A program made the translations under genes and the position numbers. The notes below the pieces were generated by a model. It ran no database searches. It was given only the letters and a program-made list of their open reading frames with translations, and was not told the origin of the DNA. A stretch of 64,000 nucleotides of DNA from Escherichia coli (GTDB lineage: Bacteria; Pseudomonadota; Gammaproteobacteria; Enterobacterales; Enterobacteriaceae). The DNA lies in the NCBI RefSeq assembly GCF_051903065.1, contig NZ_CP178440.1, one strand, 5' to 3'. Of the stretch, positions 33,105 to 43,291 are shown in pieces. The stretch's first letter is position 1; every line of letters begins with the position of its first letter.

Positions 33105-33616
33105 AACAGATTTCTTTATTTATTCCTCTGCTGGGGACCTTATTACTTTCCGGCTGTGCCGGAACCAGTACGGAATTTGAGTGTAACGCCACCACATCCG
33201 ATACCTGTATGACGATGGAGCAGGCCAATGAGAAGGCCAAAAAACTGGAGCAGTCCTCAGAAGCAAAGCCGGTTGCGGCATCACTGCCGCGCCTGGCTGA
33301 AGGGAACTTCCGGACAATGCCGGTGCAGACCGTCACCGCGACCACTCCGTCCGGCAGCAGACCTGCGGTGACAGCACATCCGGAGCAGAAACTGCTGGCA
33401 CCACGCCCGCTGTTTACCGCTGCCCGGGAAGTGAAAACGATTGTTCCGGTCAGTTCAGTTGCGCCGGTAACACCTCCCCGTCCGCTAAGAACGGGTGAGC
33501 AGACGGCTGCATTATGGATAGCGCCTTATATTGATAATCAGGATGTTTATCATCAGCCATCCAGCGTGTTTTTTGTTATTAAACCGTCTGCGTGGGGAAA
33601 ACCACGTATTAATTAA
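33101..33616 (+). CDS. traV: TraV outer-membrane lipoprotein
   Basis: Lipobox LLSGC; gene order. Confidence 0.85.
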   Translation: MKQISLFIPLLGTLLLSGCAGTSTEFECNATTSDTCMTMEQANEKAKKLEQSSEAKPVAASLPRLAEGNFRTMPVQTVTATTPSGSRPAVTAHPEQKLLAPRPLFTAAREVKTIVPVSSVAPVTPPRPLRTGEQTAALWIAPYIDNQDVYHQPSSVFFVIKPSAWGKPRIN

Positions 33617-33750
33617 CTGGCCCTGAAGTTGTATATCAGCCGGCAATGCCGGCGGGCTTTCTGTATTCAAAATCTGCCTGTAAAACGAGTGCCCTGTGCG
33701 TGAAAAGGGATGGGCGGTAGCGTGTCAGAACATGTCGGGAGGAATATTCC

Positions 33751-33972
33751 GTGAGTGATGAAGCCGATGAAGCATATTCAGTGACAGAACAACTGACCAT
33801 GACAGGAATAAACCGGATACGCCAGAAAATAAATGCTCATGGTATTCCTGTTTATCTCTGTGAAGCATGCGGAAATCCTGTTCCGGAAGCCCGGCGGAAA
33901 ATATTTCCCGGTGTGACGTTGTGCGTTGAATGTCAGGCGTATCAGGAAAGACAGAGAAAACATTATGCATAA
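33751..33972 (+). CDS. traR: TraR (DksA/TraR C4 zinc-finger family)
   Basis: CEACGNP ... CVEC motif. Confidence 0.85.
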   Translation: MSDEADEAYSVTEQLTMTGINRIRQKINAHGIPVYLCEACGNPVPEARRKIFPGVTLCVECQAYQERQRKHYA

Positions 33973-34131
33973 GTCAGTCGCAGAACATAGTGATTTAACT
34001 CCGGATGAACATGAGTGGATATTCAGAAAACAGAAATCTTTGTATATGCGCCGGGAAATGGCGCGTTAATTACAGGTATTCCCTTCATGGCTACCGCATT
34101 TCTCGCTTTATTTTTCAACTAAGGAATTCAT

Positions 34132-36759
34132 GTGAATAACCCACTTGAGGCCGTCACTCAGGCGGTTAACTCCCTCGTCACAGCACTGAAACTGCCTGAC
34201 GAATCCGCAAAGGCCAATGAAGTTCTGGGCGAAATGAGCTTCCCGCAGTTCAGCCGTCTGCTGCCGTACCGTGATTACAACCAGGAATCCGGTCTGTTCA
34301 TGAATGACACCACGATGGGCTTTATGCTGGAAGCCATTCCCATCAATGGGGCGAATGAGTCCATTGTGGAGGCGCTCGACCACATGCTGCGCACCAAACT
34401 GCCGCGCGGAGTGCCGTTCTGCATCCATCTGATGTCCAGTCAGCTTGTTGGTGACAGGATTGAATACGGGCTGCGTGAGTTCTCCTGGTCAGGTGAACAG
34501 GCTGAACGGTTTAACGCCATTACCCGTGCCTATTATATGAACGCGGCAGCGACACAGTTTCCGCTGCCGGAGGGGATGAATCTGCCCCTGACCCTGCGCC
34601 ATTACCGGGTATTCTTCTCGTACTGTTCTCCCTCGAAGAAAAAAAGCCGGGCTGACATTCTGGAAATGGAAAACCTGGTGAAAATCATCCGGGCGTCGTT
34701 ACAGGGGGCCAGTATCACCACACAGGCGGTGGATGCACAGGCCTTTATCGATATTGTCGGGGAGATGATTAACCATAACCCGGACTCCCTGTACCCGAAA
34801 AGACGTCAGCTGGACCCGTATTCTGATCTGAATTATCAGTGTGTGGAGGACAGTTTTGATCTGAAGGTCCGGGCGGATTACCTGACGCTGGGGCTGCGTG
34901 AGAACGGCAGGAACAGCACAGCCCGTATCCTGAATTTCCATCTGGCCCGTAACCCGGAAATCGCCTTCCTGTGGAACATGGCCGATAACTACAGCAATCT
35001 GCTGAACCCGGAAATGTCCATTTCCTGCCCGTTCATCCTGACGCTGACACTGGTGGTGGAAGATCAGGTGAAAACCCACAGTGAAGCCAACCTGAAGTAC
35101 ATGGACCTGGAGAAAAAGTCGAAGACCTCCTATGCCAAATGGTTTCCGTCCGTGGAGAAAGAAGCTAAGGAGTGGGGGGAACTGCGCCAGCGGCTGGGCT
35201 CCGGTCAGTCTTCTGTCGTGTCCTACTTCCTTAACATCACAGCATTCTGCAAGGATAACAATGAAACGGCTCTGGAAGTGGAGCAGGACATTCTGAACAG
35301 CTTTCGTAAAAACGGTTTTGAGCTGATTTCACCGCGCTTTAACCACATGCGCAATTTCCTGACCTGCCTGCCCTTTATGGCCGGGAAAGGGCTGTTTAAA
35401 CAGCTGAAAGAGGCCGGTGTGGTTCAGCGCGCAGAGAGCTTTAATGTGGCCAACCTGATGCCGTTAGTGGCGGATAACCCCCTGACACCGGCAGGCCTGC
35501 TGGCACCCACCTACCGTAACCAGCTGGCGTTTATCGATATCTTCTTTAAGGGGATGAATAACACCAACTACAACATGGCGGTCTGTGGAACATCCGGGGC
35601 CGGTAAAACCGGGTTGATACAGCCACTTATCCGCAGCGTGCTGGACTCCGGGGGCTTTGCCGTGGTGTTCGACATGGGGGATGGCTACAAGTCTTTGTGT
35701 GAGAACATGGGGGGCGTATATCTGGACGGTGAAACCCTGCGCTTTAACCCGTTTGCGAACATCACTGATATTGACCAGTCAGCGGAGCGTGTCCGTGACC
35801 AGTTGTCGGTGATGGCCAGCCCCAACGGTAACCTGGATGAAGTGCATGAAGGTCTGTTGCTGCAGGCGGTCAGAGCCTCCTGGCTGGCTAAAAAGAAGCA
35901 GGCGCGCATTGATGATGTGGTGGATTTCCTGAAAAACGCCCGTGATAACGACCAGTATGTCGAGTCACCGACCATCCGCAGCCGTCTGGACGAAATGATT
36001 GTGCTGCTTGACCAGTACACTGCCAACGGCACTTACGGCCGGTATTTTAACTCTGATGAACCGTCCCTGCGGGATGATGCCAGAATGGTGGTGCTGGAGC
36101 TGGGTGGGCTGGAAGACCGTCCGTCACTGCTGGTTGCGGTGATGTTCAGCCTTATCATTTACATCGAGAACCGGATGTACCGCACGCCGCGTAACCTCAA
36201 GAAACTGAACGTCATTGATGAAGGCTGGCGTCTGCTGGACTTCAAAAATCGTAAAGTTGGTGAGTTTATTCAAAAAGGTTACCGCACCTGTCGCCGTCAT
36301 ACCGGTGCCTATATCACCATCACACAGAACATCGTCGACTTTGACTCTGACAAGGCATCCAGCGCAGCCCGCGCGGCATGGGGTAACTCCTCCTACAAAA
36401 TTATCCTCAAACAGAGTGCGAAGGAGTTCGCGAAATACAACCAGCTGTATCCGGACCAGTTCCTGCCACTGCAGCGCGACATGATTGGTAAGTTTGGTGC
36501 GGCCAAAGACCAGTGGTTCAGTTCCTTCCTGCTGCAGGTGGAGAACCACTCCTCCTGGCACCGTCTGTTTGTGGACCCGTTAAGCCGCGCCATGTACAGC
36601 TCTGACGGCCCGGATTTTGAGTTTGTGCAGCAGAAGCGTAAAGAGGGGCTGAGTATTCATGAGGCGGTGTGGCAGCTGGCGTGGAAGAAGTCAGGGCCGG
36701 AGATGGCTTCGCTGGAAGCCTGGCTGGAAGAACATGAGAAATACAGGAGTGTTGCATGA
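34132..36759 (+). CDS. traC: TraC (VirB4-like type IV secretion ATPase)
   Basis: 875-aa ORF with Walker A GTSGAGKTG. Confidence 0.95.
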   Translation: MNNPLEAVTQAVNSLVTALKLPDESAKANEVLGEMSFPQFSRLLPYRDYNQESGLFMNDTTMGFMLEAIPINGANESIVEALDHMLRTKLPRGVPFCIHLMSSQLVGDRIEYGLREFSWSGEQAERFNAITRAYYMNAAATQFPLPEGMNLPLTLRHYRVFFSYCSPSKKKSRADILEMENLVKIIRASLQGASITTQAVDAQAFIDIVGEMINHNPDSLYPKRRQLDPYSDLNYQCVEDSFDLKVRADYLTLGLRENGRNSTARILNFHLARNPEIAFLWNMADNYSNLLNPEMSISCPFILTLTLVVEDQVKTHSEANLKYMDLEKKSKTSYAKWFPSVEKEAKEWGELRQRLGSGQSSVVSYFLNITAFCKDNNETALEVEQDILNSFRKNGFELISPRFNHMRNFLTCLPFMAGKGLFKQLKEAGVVQRAESFNVANLMPLVADNPLTPAGLLAPTYRNQLAFIDIFFKGMNNTNYNMAVCGTSGAGKTGLIQPLIRSVLDSGGFAVVFDMGDGYKSLCENMGGVYLDGETLRFNPFANITDIDQSAERVRDQLSVMASPNGNLDEVHEGLLLQAVRASWLAKKKQARIDDVVDFLKNARDNDQYVESPTIRSRLDEMIVLLDQYTANGTYGRYFNSDEPSLRDDARMVVLELGGLEDRPSLLVAVMFSLIIYIENRMYRTPRNLKKLNVIDEGWRLLDFKNRKVGEFIQKGYRTCRRHTGAYITITQNIVDFDSDKASSAARAAWGNSSYKIILKQSAKEFAKYNQLYPDQFLPLQRDMIGKFGAAKDQWFSSFLLQVENHSSWHRLFVDPLSRAMYSSDGPDFEFVQQKRKEGLSIHEAVWQLAWKKSGPEMASLEAWLEEHEKYRSVA

Positions 36760-37142
36760 CCACAACGCAAAAAACGACTGATGTTACAGCCCGTCGATGC
36801 AGCCACTGGTGGTGGACGGTGCCGGGATGCCTGGCAATGGTGTTACTGAACGCAGCCGTCAGTTACGGCATTGTCAGACTGAACGCACCGGTGACTGTCG
36901 CCTTCAACATGAAGCAGACCGTGGATGCGTTTTTTGACAGCGCCAGTCAGAAACAACTGTCAGAAGCACAGTCAAAAGCCCTTTCAGCGCGTTTTAATAC
37001 GGCACTGGAAGCCAGCCTGCAGGCGTGGCAGCAGAAACACCACGCGGTCATTCTGGTGTCGCCTGCCGTGGTACAGGGGGCACCGGATATCACCCGGGAA
37101 ATCCAGCAGGATATCGCCCGGCGAATGAGGGCGGAACCATGA
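36756..37142 (+). CDS. trbI: TrbI
   Basis: ORF and gene order. Confidence 0.8.
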   Translation: MTTTQKTTDVTARRCSHWWWTVPGCLAMVLLNAAVSYGIVRLNAPVTVAFNMKQTVDAFFDSASQKQLSEAQSKALSARFNTALEASLQAWQQKHHAVILVSPAVVQGAPDITREIQQDIARRMRAEP

Positions 37143-37771
37143 GATGCCGGGGGCTGATTGCCCTGCTGATATGGGGGCAGAGTGTGACCGCCGCCGATCT
37201 TGGTACCTGGGGCGATCTGTGGCCGGTAAAGGAGCCGGACATGCTGACGGTGATCATGCAGCGCCTGACGGCACTGGAGCAGTCCGGTGAGATGGGCCGG
37301 AAAATGGATGCCTTTAAGGAGCGGGTGATCCGCAACAGTCTGCGGCCCCCTGCCGTGCCCGGTATCGGACGCACGGAGAAATACGGCAGCCGGTTGTTTG
37401 ACCCGTCCGTCAGACTGGCTGCGGATATCCGGGATAACGAAGGGCGGGTGTTTGCCCGTCAGGGTGAAGTGATGAATCCGCTGCAGTATGTTCCTTTTAA
37501 CCAGACGCTGTATTTCATCAATGGCGATGATCCGGCGCAGGTGGCCTGGATGAAACGCCAGACGCCGCCCACACTGGAGAGCAAAATTATCCTCGTGCAG
37601 GGCAGTATCCCGGAGATGCAGAAGTCTCTGGACAGCCGTGTTTACTTTGACCAGAACGGTGTGCTCTGCCAGCGCCTCGGCATTGATCAGGTCCCGGCAC
37701 GGGTGAGCGCCGTTCCCGGCGATCGCTTCCTGAAGGTGGAATTTATTCCGGCAGAGGAGGGCAGAAAATGA
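37139..37771 (+). CDS. traW: TraW
   Basis: Start ATG overlaps trbI stop (ATGA); ORF-track version over-extended upstream. Confidence 0.85.
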   Translation: MRCRGLIALLIWGQSVTAADLGTWGDLWPVKEPDMLTVIMQRLTALEQSGEMGRKMDAFKERVIRNSLRPPAVPGIGRTEKYGSRLFDPSVRLAADIRDNEGRVFARQGEVMNPLQYVPFNQTLYFINGDDPAQVAWMKRQTPPTLESKIILVQGSIPEMQKSLDSRVYFDQNGVLCQRLGIDQVPARVSAVPGDRFLKVEFIPAEEGRK

Positions 37772-38760
37772 AGCGAAGCCTGTGGCTGCTGATGTTATTC
37801 CTTCTCGCCGGTCATGTCCCTGCAGCGTCTGCGGATTCTGCCTGTGAAGGGCGTTTTGTAAACCCGATCACGGATATCTGCTGGAGCTGTATTTTCCCGC
37901 TCTCGCTGGGCAGTATCAAAGTCAGTCAGGGTAAGGTCCCCGACACGGCGAACCCGTCGATGCCCATTCAGATTTGTCCGGCACCGCCGCCGCTGTTCAG
38001 GCGTATCGGGCTGGCCATTGGTTACTGGGAGCCGATGGCGCTGACGGATGTCACCCGGTCACCGGGATGCATGGTGAACCTGGGCTTCAGCCTGCCAGCT
38101 TTTGGTAAAACGGCACAGGGAACGGCGAAAAAGGATGAGAAGCAGGTGAACGGGGCGTTCTATCACGTTCACTGGTACAAATACCCGCTGACGTACTGGC
38201 TGAACATCATCACATCGCTGGGCTGTCTGGAAGGTGGTGACCTGGATATCGCTTATCTTTCTGAAATTGACCCCACCTGGACGGACAGCAGCCTGACCAC
38301 CATTCTCAATCCGGAAGCTGTCATCTTTGCCAATCCGATAGCACAGGGGGCCTGTGCAGCAGATGCCATTGCCAGCGCCTTTAATATGCCTCTCGATGTT
38401 CTGTTCTGGTGTGCCGGTTCGCAGGGCAGCATGTACCCGTTCAATGGCTGGGTGAGTAATGAGTCCAGTCCGTTGCAGTCCTCCCTGCTGGTCAGTGAAC
38501 GCATGGCGTTCAAGCTGCACCGTCAGGGCATGATTATGGAAACCATCGGGAAAAATAACGCCGTCTGTAATGAATATCCGTCCCCAATCCTGCCCAAAGA
38601 ACGCTGGCGTTATCAGATGGTGAATATGTATCCGGACAGCGGACAGTGCCACCCGTTCGGGCGCAGTGTGATGCGCTGGGAGACGGGAAAAAATCCGCCC
38701 AACACAAAGAAAAACTTCGGCTACCTGATGTGGCGTAAACGTAACTGTGTATTTCTGTAA
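37768..38760 (+). CDS. traU: TraU
   Basis: 330-aa ORF with signal peptide; gene order. Confidence 0.9.
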   Translation: MKRSLWLLMLFLLAGHVPAASADSACEGRFVNPITDICWSCIFPLSLGSIKVSQGKVPDTANPSMPIQICPAPPPLFRRIGLAIGYWEPMALTDVTRSPGCMVNLGFSLPAFGKTAQGTAKKDEKQVNGAFYHVHWYKYPLTYWLNIITSLGCLEGGDLDIAYLSEIDPTWTDSSLTTILNPEAVIFANPIAQGACAADAIASAFNMPLDVLFWCAGSQGSMYPFNGWVSNESSPLQSSLLVSERMAFKLHRQGMIMETIGKNNAVCNEYPSPILPKERWRYQMVNMYPDSGQCHPFGRSVMRWETGKNPPNTKKNFGYLMWRKRNCVFL

Positions 38761-38786
38761 CTTAAACAAAAAGAGGAATATTTTAA

Positions 38787-39095
38787 ATGGAAAAGAAATT
38801 AAGCAGTAAATACATTCATATGTATATGAGTATATCCCGAGTGTTCATTCGTTTGACAGGAAATGTATTAAAACTGTTTCCTTTTGCTATGGTGATATGC
38901 CCTGTGGTGTGGTTTTATCTTTGCCCTGAACATATTATCTCAGACATTGTTAACGACTGGCAGGATGCAGATACACTGGAAAAAATACTGCTTGTCAAAC
39001 TGTATCTGAAGACGGTTCTTATTCTGACAGTGGTAAGCGTTGTTGTCTTGTATCTTTCGTCAGATAAGTTTATGCCTGTTAAACGCAGGAAATGA
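38787..39095 (+). CDS. Hypothetical small membrane protein (two predicted hydrophobic helices), AT-rich
   Basis: ORF; hydrophobic stretches LKLFPFAMVICPVVWFYL and LKTVLILTVVSVVVLYL. Confidence 0.5.
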   Translation: MEKKLSSKYIHMYMSISRVFIRLTGNVLKLFPFAMVICPVVWFYLCPEHIISDIVNDWQDADTLEKILLVKLYLKTVLILTVVSVVVLYLSSDKFMPVKRRK

Positions 39096-39157
39096 GTCTG
39101 GTGGTTCTCATAAATATAACTGTGTGTGCATGTGTACAATATAAGTAAAGGTGCGTT

Positions 39158-39679
39158 ATGGGATTTTTCTCGTTTTTACGAAAGATAAGTAATAAAGAAA
39201 AAGGGGTGGTTATCTATGAGAAGCAGTGGTTCTCACTGCTGGAAAAGGTGAGTGCTTTTGATGAGGTCAGACAATGGGCTGAAAGTAATGGTGGAGCATA
39301 TTATCCTCTGCTGGAGTGTCGTCGGCTTACAGACAGTGAAAATGTCAGGAAATCAGAGGATATACTGAACCGACTGGAGTTTATTGACAGAAGATTTCGG
39401 GAATTCATCAGCATTATGTCTGAACATATTAATAATGATAAAACTAAATCCATGTGGGAGAGGGAATTGTCTGAATATCCACCGGAAAAAATATACCAGG
39501 TCCGGAGAGAGGGAGAACATCTGTCATTAAAAAATTATGGTGATGATATTACTCTGAACAGAGATACCGCCGTGGCTACGGTGCAGATTACTGTCAGCAG
39601 AAAATGCATTACTCAGGAAGAAATGGATGAATTATATGCATTGTCTGAGAGACTGAAAGAAAAGTGCGCCGGTAATTAA
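39158..39679 (+). CDS. Hypothetical soluble protein (173 aa), AT-rich
   Basis: ORF; no recognised motif. Confidence 0.5.
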   Translation: MGFFSFLRKISNKEKGVVIYEKQWFSLLEKVSAFDEVRQWAESNGGAYYPLLECRRLTDSENVRKSEDILNRLEFIDRRFREFISIMSEHINNDKTKSMWERELSEYPPEKIYQVRREGEHLSLKNYGDDITLNRDTAVATVQITVSRKCITQEEMDELYALSERLKEKCAGN

Positions 39680-39690
39680 ATTATATCACT

Positions 39691-40344
39691 GTGCCGGGAG
39701 ATGATATGAGCCGGAAAATATTTGAACTTTTTGCCCTGACAGCAGGACTGTTTATTTCTGCCCACGCTTCGGAAAATGTGAATACACCCGAAAACCGCCA
39801 GTTCCTGAAGCAGCAGGAAACACTGAGTCAGCAGTTACGTGAAAAACCGGACACACAGCTGCAGGCATGGGCAGAACAGCAGGTCAGGGCGAATCCCCTT
39901 CAGCATTCCGATAACCAGTTTCTCGATGAACTGGTCCGTAAACAGCAGGCTGCTCAGAAGGATAAACCACAGCAGGGTGCCGTGTATTTTGTGTCGTTTT
40001 CCATACCCGAAGAGGGGCTGAAACGGATGCTGGGAGAAACCCGGCACTACGGTATTCCGGCCACACTGCGGGGTATGGTGAACAACGACCTGAAAGCCAC
40101 GGCTGAAGCAGTGCTGTCTCTGGTGAAAGACGGTGCGACCGATGGTGTTCAGATTGACCCGACGCTGTTTTCACAGTACGGCATTCGCAGCGTGCCGGCT
40201 CTGGTGGTGTTCTGCAGCCAGGGGCACGACATCATCCGGGGAAATCTGCGCGTCAGACAGGCGCTGGAGAAAGTGGCCGCCACAGGAGACTGCCGGCAGG
40301 TGGCTCAGGGACTGCTGGACGGCACCGGGGATAAGTCGCAATGA
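39691..40344 (+). CDS. trbC: TrbC
   Basis: ORF with signal peptide; gene order. Confidence 0.8.
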   Translation: MPGDDMSRKIFELFALTAGLFISAHASENVNTPENRQFLKQQETLSQQLREKPDTQLQAWAEQQVRANPLQHSDNQFLDELVRKQQAAQKDKPQQGAVYFVSFSIPEEGLKRMLGETRHYGIPATLRGMVNNDLKATAEAVLSLVKDGATDGVQIDPTLFSQYGIRSVPALVVFCSQGHDIIRGNLRVRQALEKVAATGDCRQVAQGLLDGTGDKSQ

Positions 40345-40712
40345 GTTTACCTGCAGGCTATTACCGGATTGACCCGGACATCCGTGCACTGGTGGCCGCG
40401 ATGAACGTTCACGGATTTCGTACATATGCGTCCTGTCAGGGGCATGGTTTCCCTGTTACAAAGCTGCCGCCTTATATCGCCTTTGCCTGTCCGGTAAAAA
40501 TGGCTGCCCTTCTGGAGCAGCGACTGCGGCAGGATGCTGAATCAGCAATACCACGTCTGACATGGGGATGGTCGGTGAAGGGGACTTTTAACAGTGATTT
40601 TCAGCTTTGCTTCCGGCTTCAGCCTGAAGGCCCTCATCACTGGTATCACCGGTACTGTCGCCGCTCACTGCGTGCAGACTTCAGGACGCTGGTCCGATTA
40701 GTGAATCCGTAA
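40341..40712 (+). CDS. Hypothetical protein (123 aa) between trbC and traN
   Basis: ORF, translationally coupled to trbC. Confidence 0.5.
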   Translation: MSLPAGYYRIDPDIRALVAAMNVHGFRTYASCQGHGFPVTKLPPYIAFACPVKMAALLEQRLRQDAESAIPRLTWGWSVKGTFNSDFQLCFRLQPEGPHHWYHRYCRRSLRADFRTLVRLVNP

Positions 40713-40734
40713 ATCTGTTCCCGTTAAGGAGGCA

Positions 40735-41160
40735 TTGATGGCGCTGACAAAGAAACAGCGGGAAAAACTGCGTATGAAATTCGGTGGCCGTTGTGCGTAC
40801 TGCGGCTGTGAACTGCCGGAGAAAGGATGGCATGCCGACCATGTTCAGGCGGTGCTCCGCAAGTCAGAGCAGTGCATGAAGGCTGCAGAAAAGCGCATTT
40901 TCAGGCTGAAATCCACCGGTGATGTTTTCAGACCGGAGGCCGACTGTCCGGAAAACCTCGTCCCGGCCTGTGCGCCGTGCAACCTGCTGAAAACAACATA
41001 TTCGCTGGAGATGTTCAGAACGCAGGTGTCCCTGCAGGTTGAACGGGGGCGAAGAAGCAGCGTGAATTTCAGGACCGCAGAACGGTTCGGGCTGATTCAG
41101 GTGGTGAACAAACCAGTCGTGTTCTGGTTTGAGCAATATCAGAGGGAGAGTGAGGTATGA
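40735..41160 (+). CDS. HNH endonuclease-family protein
   Basis: CAYCGC ... HADH ... CAPCN zinc/HNH motif pattern. Confidence 0.7.
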   Translation: MMALTKKQREKLRMKFGGRCAYCGCELPEKGWHADHVQAVLRKSEQCMKAAEKRIFRLKSTGDVFRPEADCPENLVPACAPCNLLKTTYSLEMFRTQVSLQVERGRRSSVNFRTAERFGLIQVVNKPVVFWFEQYQRESEV

Positions 41161-43007
41161 AACGTCTTCTGCCATTGCTGCTGGGGCTGGCAGTCAGTGT
41201 GGCACAGGCTGACAGCAACAGTGATTACCGGGCGGGTTCTGATTTTGCCCGTCAGATTCAGGGGCAGGGTACAGGCAGTATTCAGGGCTTTAAGCCACAG
41301 GAGAGTATCCCCGGCTATAACGCTAATCCGGACGAGACAAAATATTACGGTGGTGTGACTGCTGGCGGGGATGGCGGCCTGAAAAATGACGGCACCACGG
41401 AATGGGCGACCGGTGAAACCGGAAAAACTATCACAGAGTCATTCATGAACAAGCCGAAAGACATTCTGTCACCGGATGCACCGTTCATTCAGACCGGCAG
41501 GGATGTGGTGAACAGGGCTGACAGCATTGTAGGAAACACAGGCCAGCAGTGTAGTGCACAGCAGATAAACCGCAGTGAATTTACAAACTATACCTGTGAA
41601 CGGGACACGATGGTGGAGGAGTTCTGCACACGGACTGCCAGGATCACCGGAGACTGGAAATACACGGATGAATATCGTGAGGTGACGATACCGCACTCAC
41701 AGTTCCGGTTCAGTATGAACGGGCTGAAACTGGTGTTCAGTGTCACGGCTCCGGTAACCGGTACAGTGGAAAGTGCATCATTGTCTGTATACGCCGCTTT
41801 TTTCTTCCTGAATTCTCGTTATACCTTCATGAATTCAACGTTCAATGTTGGCCTGGTAAACGGGCAGTCGGGTACTTTCCCCTTGTCCGGGGCGACAGGT
41901 TTGCAGGTGACACAGGGGCAGGTACTGACCGGCAGTGGCTGTACTGCTAACGGTAACTGTCTTTCTGGCGGGAACGGTGACCGACAGGTTTATGAGAAAC
42001 TAGCCAGCGGCGCGTCCACCTTTACGCTGAAACTCAGGATGAAGGTCCGTGATAAAGAATGGGTTCCACGGGTGGAGTGGGTGGAGAGTTGTCCGTTTAA
42101 TAAAGCGGATGGCGTGCTGAAAGGTACTGAGTGTTCAGAGCCGGGTGGTACGAAAACCGGAGTGATGGAAGGTAAACCCTGGAGCATCACACAGGCATGC
42201 TGGGCATACCGGGATAAATATGTCACTCAGTCCGCAGATAACGGCACCTGTCAGAAATATGTCGATAATCCGGCCTGTACGCTGGCCTCACGTCAGTGCG
42301 CGTTTTATTCCGATGAGGGAACCTGTCTGCATGAGTATGCCACGTATTCCTGCGAGTCAAAAACATCAGGAAAAGTGATGGTCTGTGGTGGTGATGTCTT
42401 CTGCCTTGACGGTGAATGCGATAAGGCACAGAGCGGAAAAAGCAGTGATTTTGGTGAGGCAGTATCACAGCTGGCTGCGCTTGCCGCCGCAGGTAAGGAT
42501 GTTGCCGCCCTGAATGGTGTGGATGTCAGGGCTTTCACGGGCGAGGCGAAATTCTGCCGTAAGGCCGCAGCCGGCTTCAGTAACTGCTGTAAGGATGGTG
42601 GCTGGGGTCAGGATGTGGGGCTGGCGAAGTGCAACAGTGAAGAAAAGGCACTGGGAAAGGCAAAGGACAACAAACTGACGGTGAGTGTGGGCGAGTTCTG
42701 TTCGAAAAAGGTGCTGGGCGTCTGCCTGCAGAAAAAGCGCAGCTACTGCCAGTTTGATTCGAAGCTGGCGCAGATAGTCCAGCAGCAGGGGCGTAACGGG
42801 CAGTTGCGTATCGGGTTTGGCAGCGCCAAAAGTCCTGACTGTCGGGGGATTACGGTTGATGAGCTGCAGAAAATTCAGTTCGACAGACTGGATTTCACTA
42901 ACTTCTACGAAGACCTGATGAATAACCAGAAAATCCCGGACAGTGGCGTTCTGACGCAGAAAGTGAAAGAGCAGATTGCTGACCAGCTGAAACAGGCAGG
43001 GCAGTAA
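41157..43007 (+). CDS. traN: TraN mating-pair stabilisation outer-membrane protein
   Basis: 616-aa Cys-rich ORF with signal peptide. Confidence 0.9.
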   Translation: MKRLLPLLLGLAVSVAQADSNSDYRAGSDFARQIQGQGTGSIQGFKPQESIPGYNANPDETKYYGGVTAGGDGGLKNDGTTEWATGETGKTITESFMNKPKDILSPDAPFIQTGRDVVNRADSIVGNTGQQCSAQQINRSEFTNYTCERDTMVEEFCTRTARITGDWKYTDEYREVTIPHSQFRFSMNGLKLVFSVTAPVTGTVESASLSVYAAFFFLNSRYTFMNSTFNVGLVNGQSGTFPLSGATGLQVTQGQVLTGSGCTANGNCLSGGNGDRQVYEKLASGASTFTLKLRMKVRDKEWVPRVEWVESCPFNKADGVLKGTECSEPGGTKTGVMEGKPWSITQACWAYRDKYVTQSADNGTCQKYVDNPACTLASRQCAFYSDEGTCLHEYATYSCESKTSGKVMVCGGDVFCLDGECDKAQSGKSSDFGEAVSQLAALAAAGKDVAALNGVDVRAFTGEAKFCRKAAAGFSNCCKDGGWGQDVGLAKCNSEEKALGKAKDNKLTVSVGEFCSKKVLGVCLQKKRSYCQFDSKLAQIVQQQGRNGQLRIGFGSAKSPDCRGITVDELQKIQFDRLDFTNFYEDLMNNQKIPDSGVLTQKVKEQIADQLKQAGQ

Positions 43008-43030
43008 GGTATGGGAAACAACCGGGGGAA

Positions 43031-43291
43031 ATGATGAAGGTCATATTCACGTCGAACCGTTTTATTGATTTTCTTATCCGGCTTTTGATTACAGCGATTG
43101 TCATTTCCCCGGTAATTATCTGGTCGTGGGATACGGTAAAAGAAACCACGGCAAACGGGATGCTTGCCGCTGCTTTCGTTATCCTTTACTCCGGTGTGCT
43201 CCTGTTTATTCTGTATTTTTGTTTTTCTGCCCTGACTGACCTGCAGAAACCTGATGAAAGAAAAAATGATGAAAGGAATGAAGATGAATAA
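43031..43291 (+). CDS. trbE: TrbE
   Basis: ORF and gene order. Confidence 0.7.
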   Translation: MMKVIFTSNRFIDFLIRLLITAIVISPVIIWSWDTVKETTANGMLAAAFVILYSGVLLFILYFCFSALTDLQKPDERKNDERNEDE

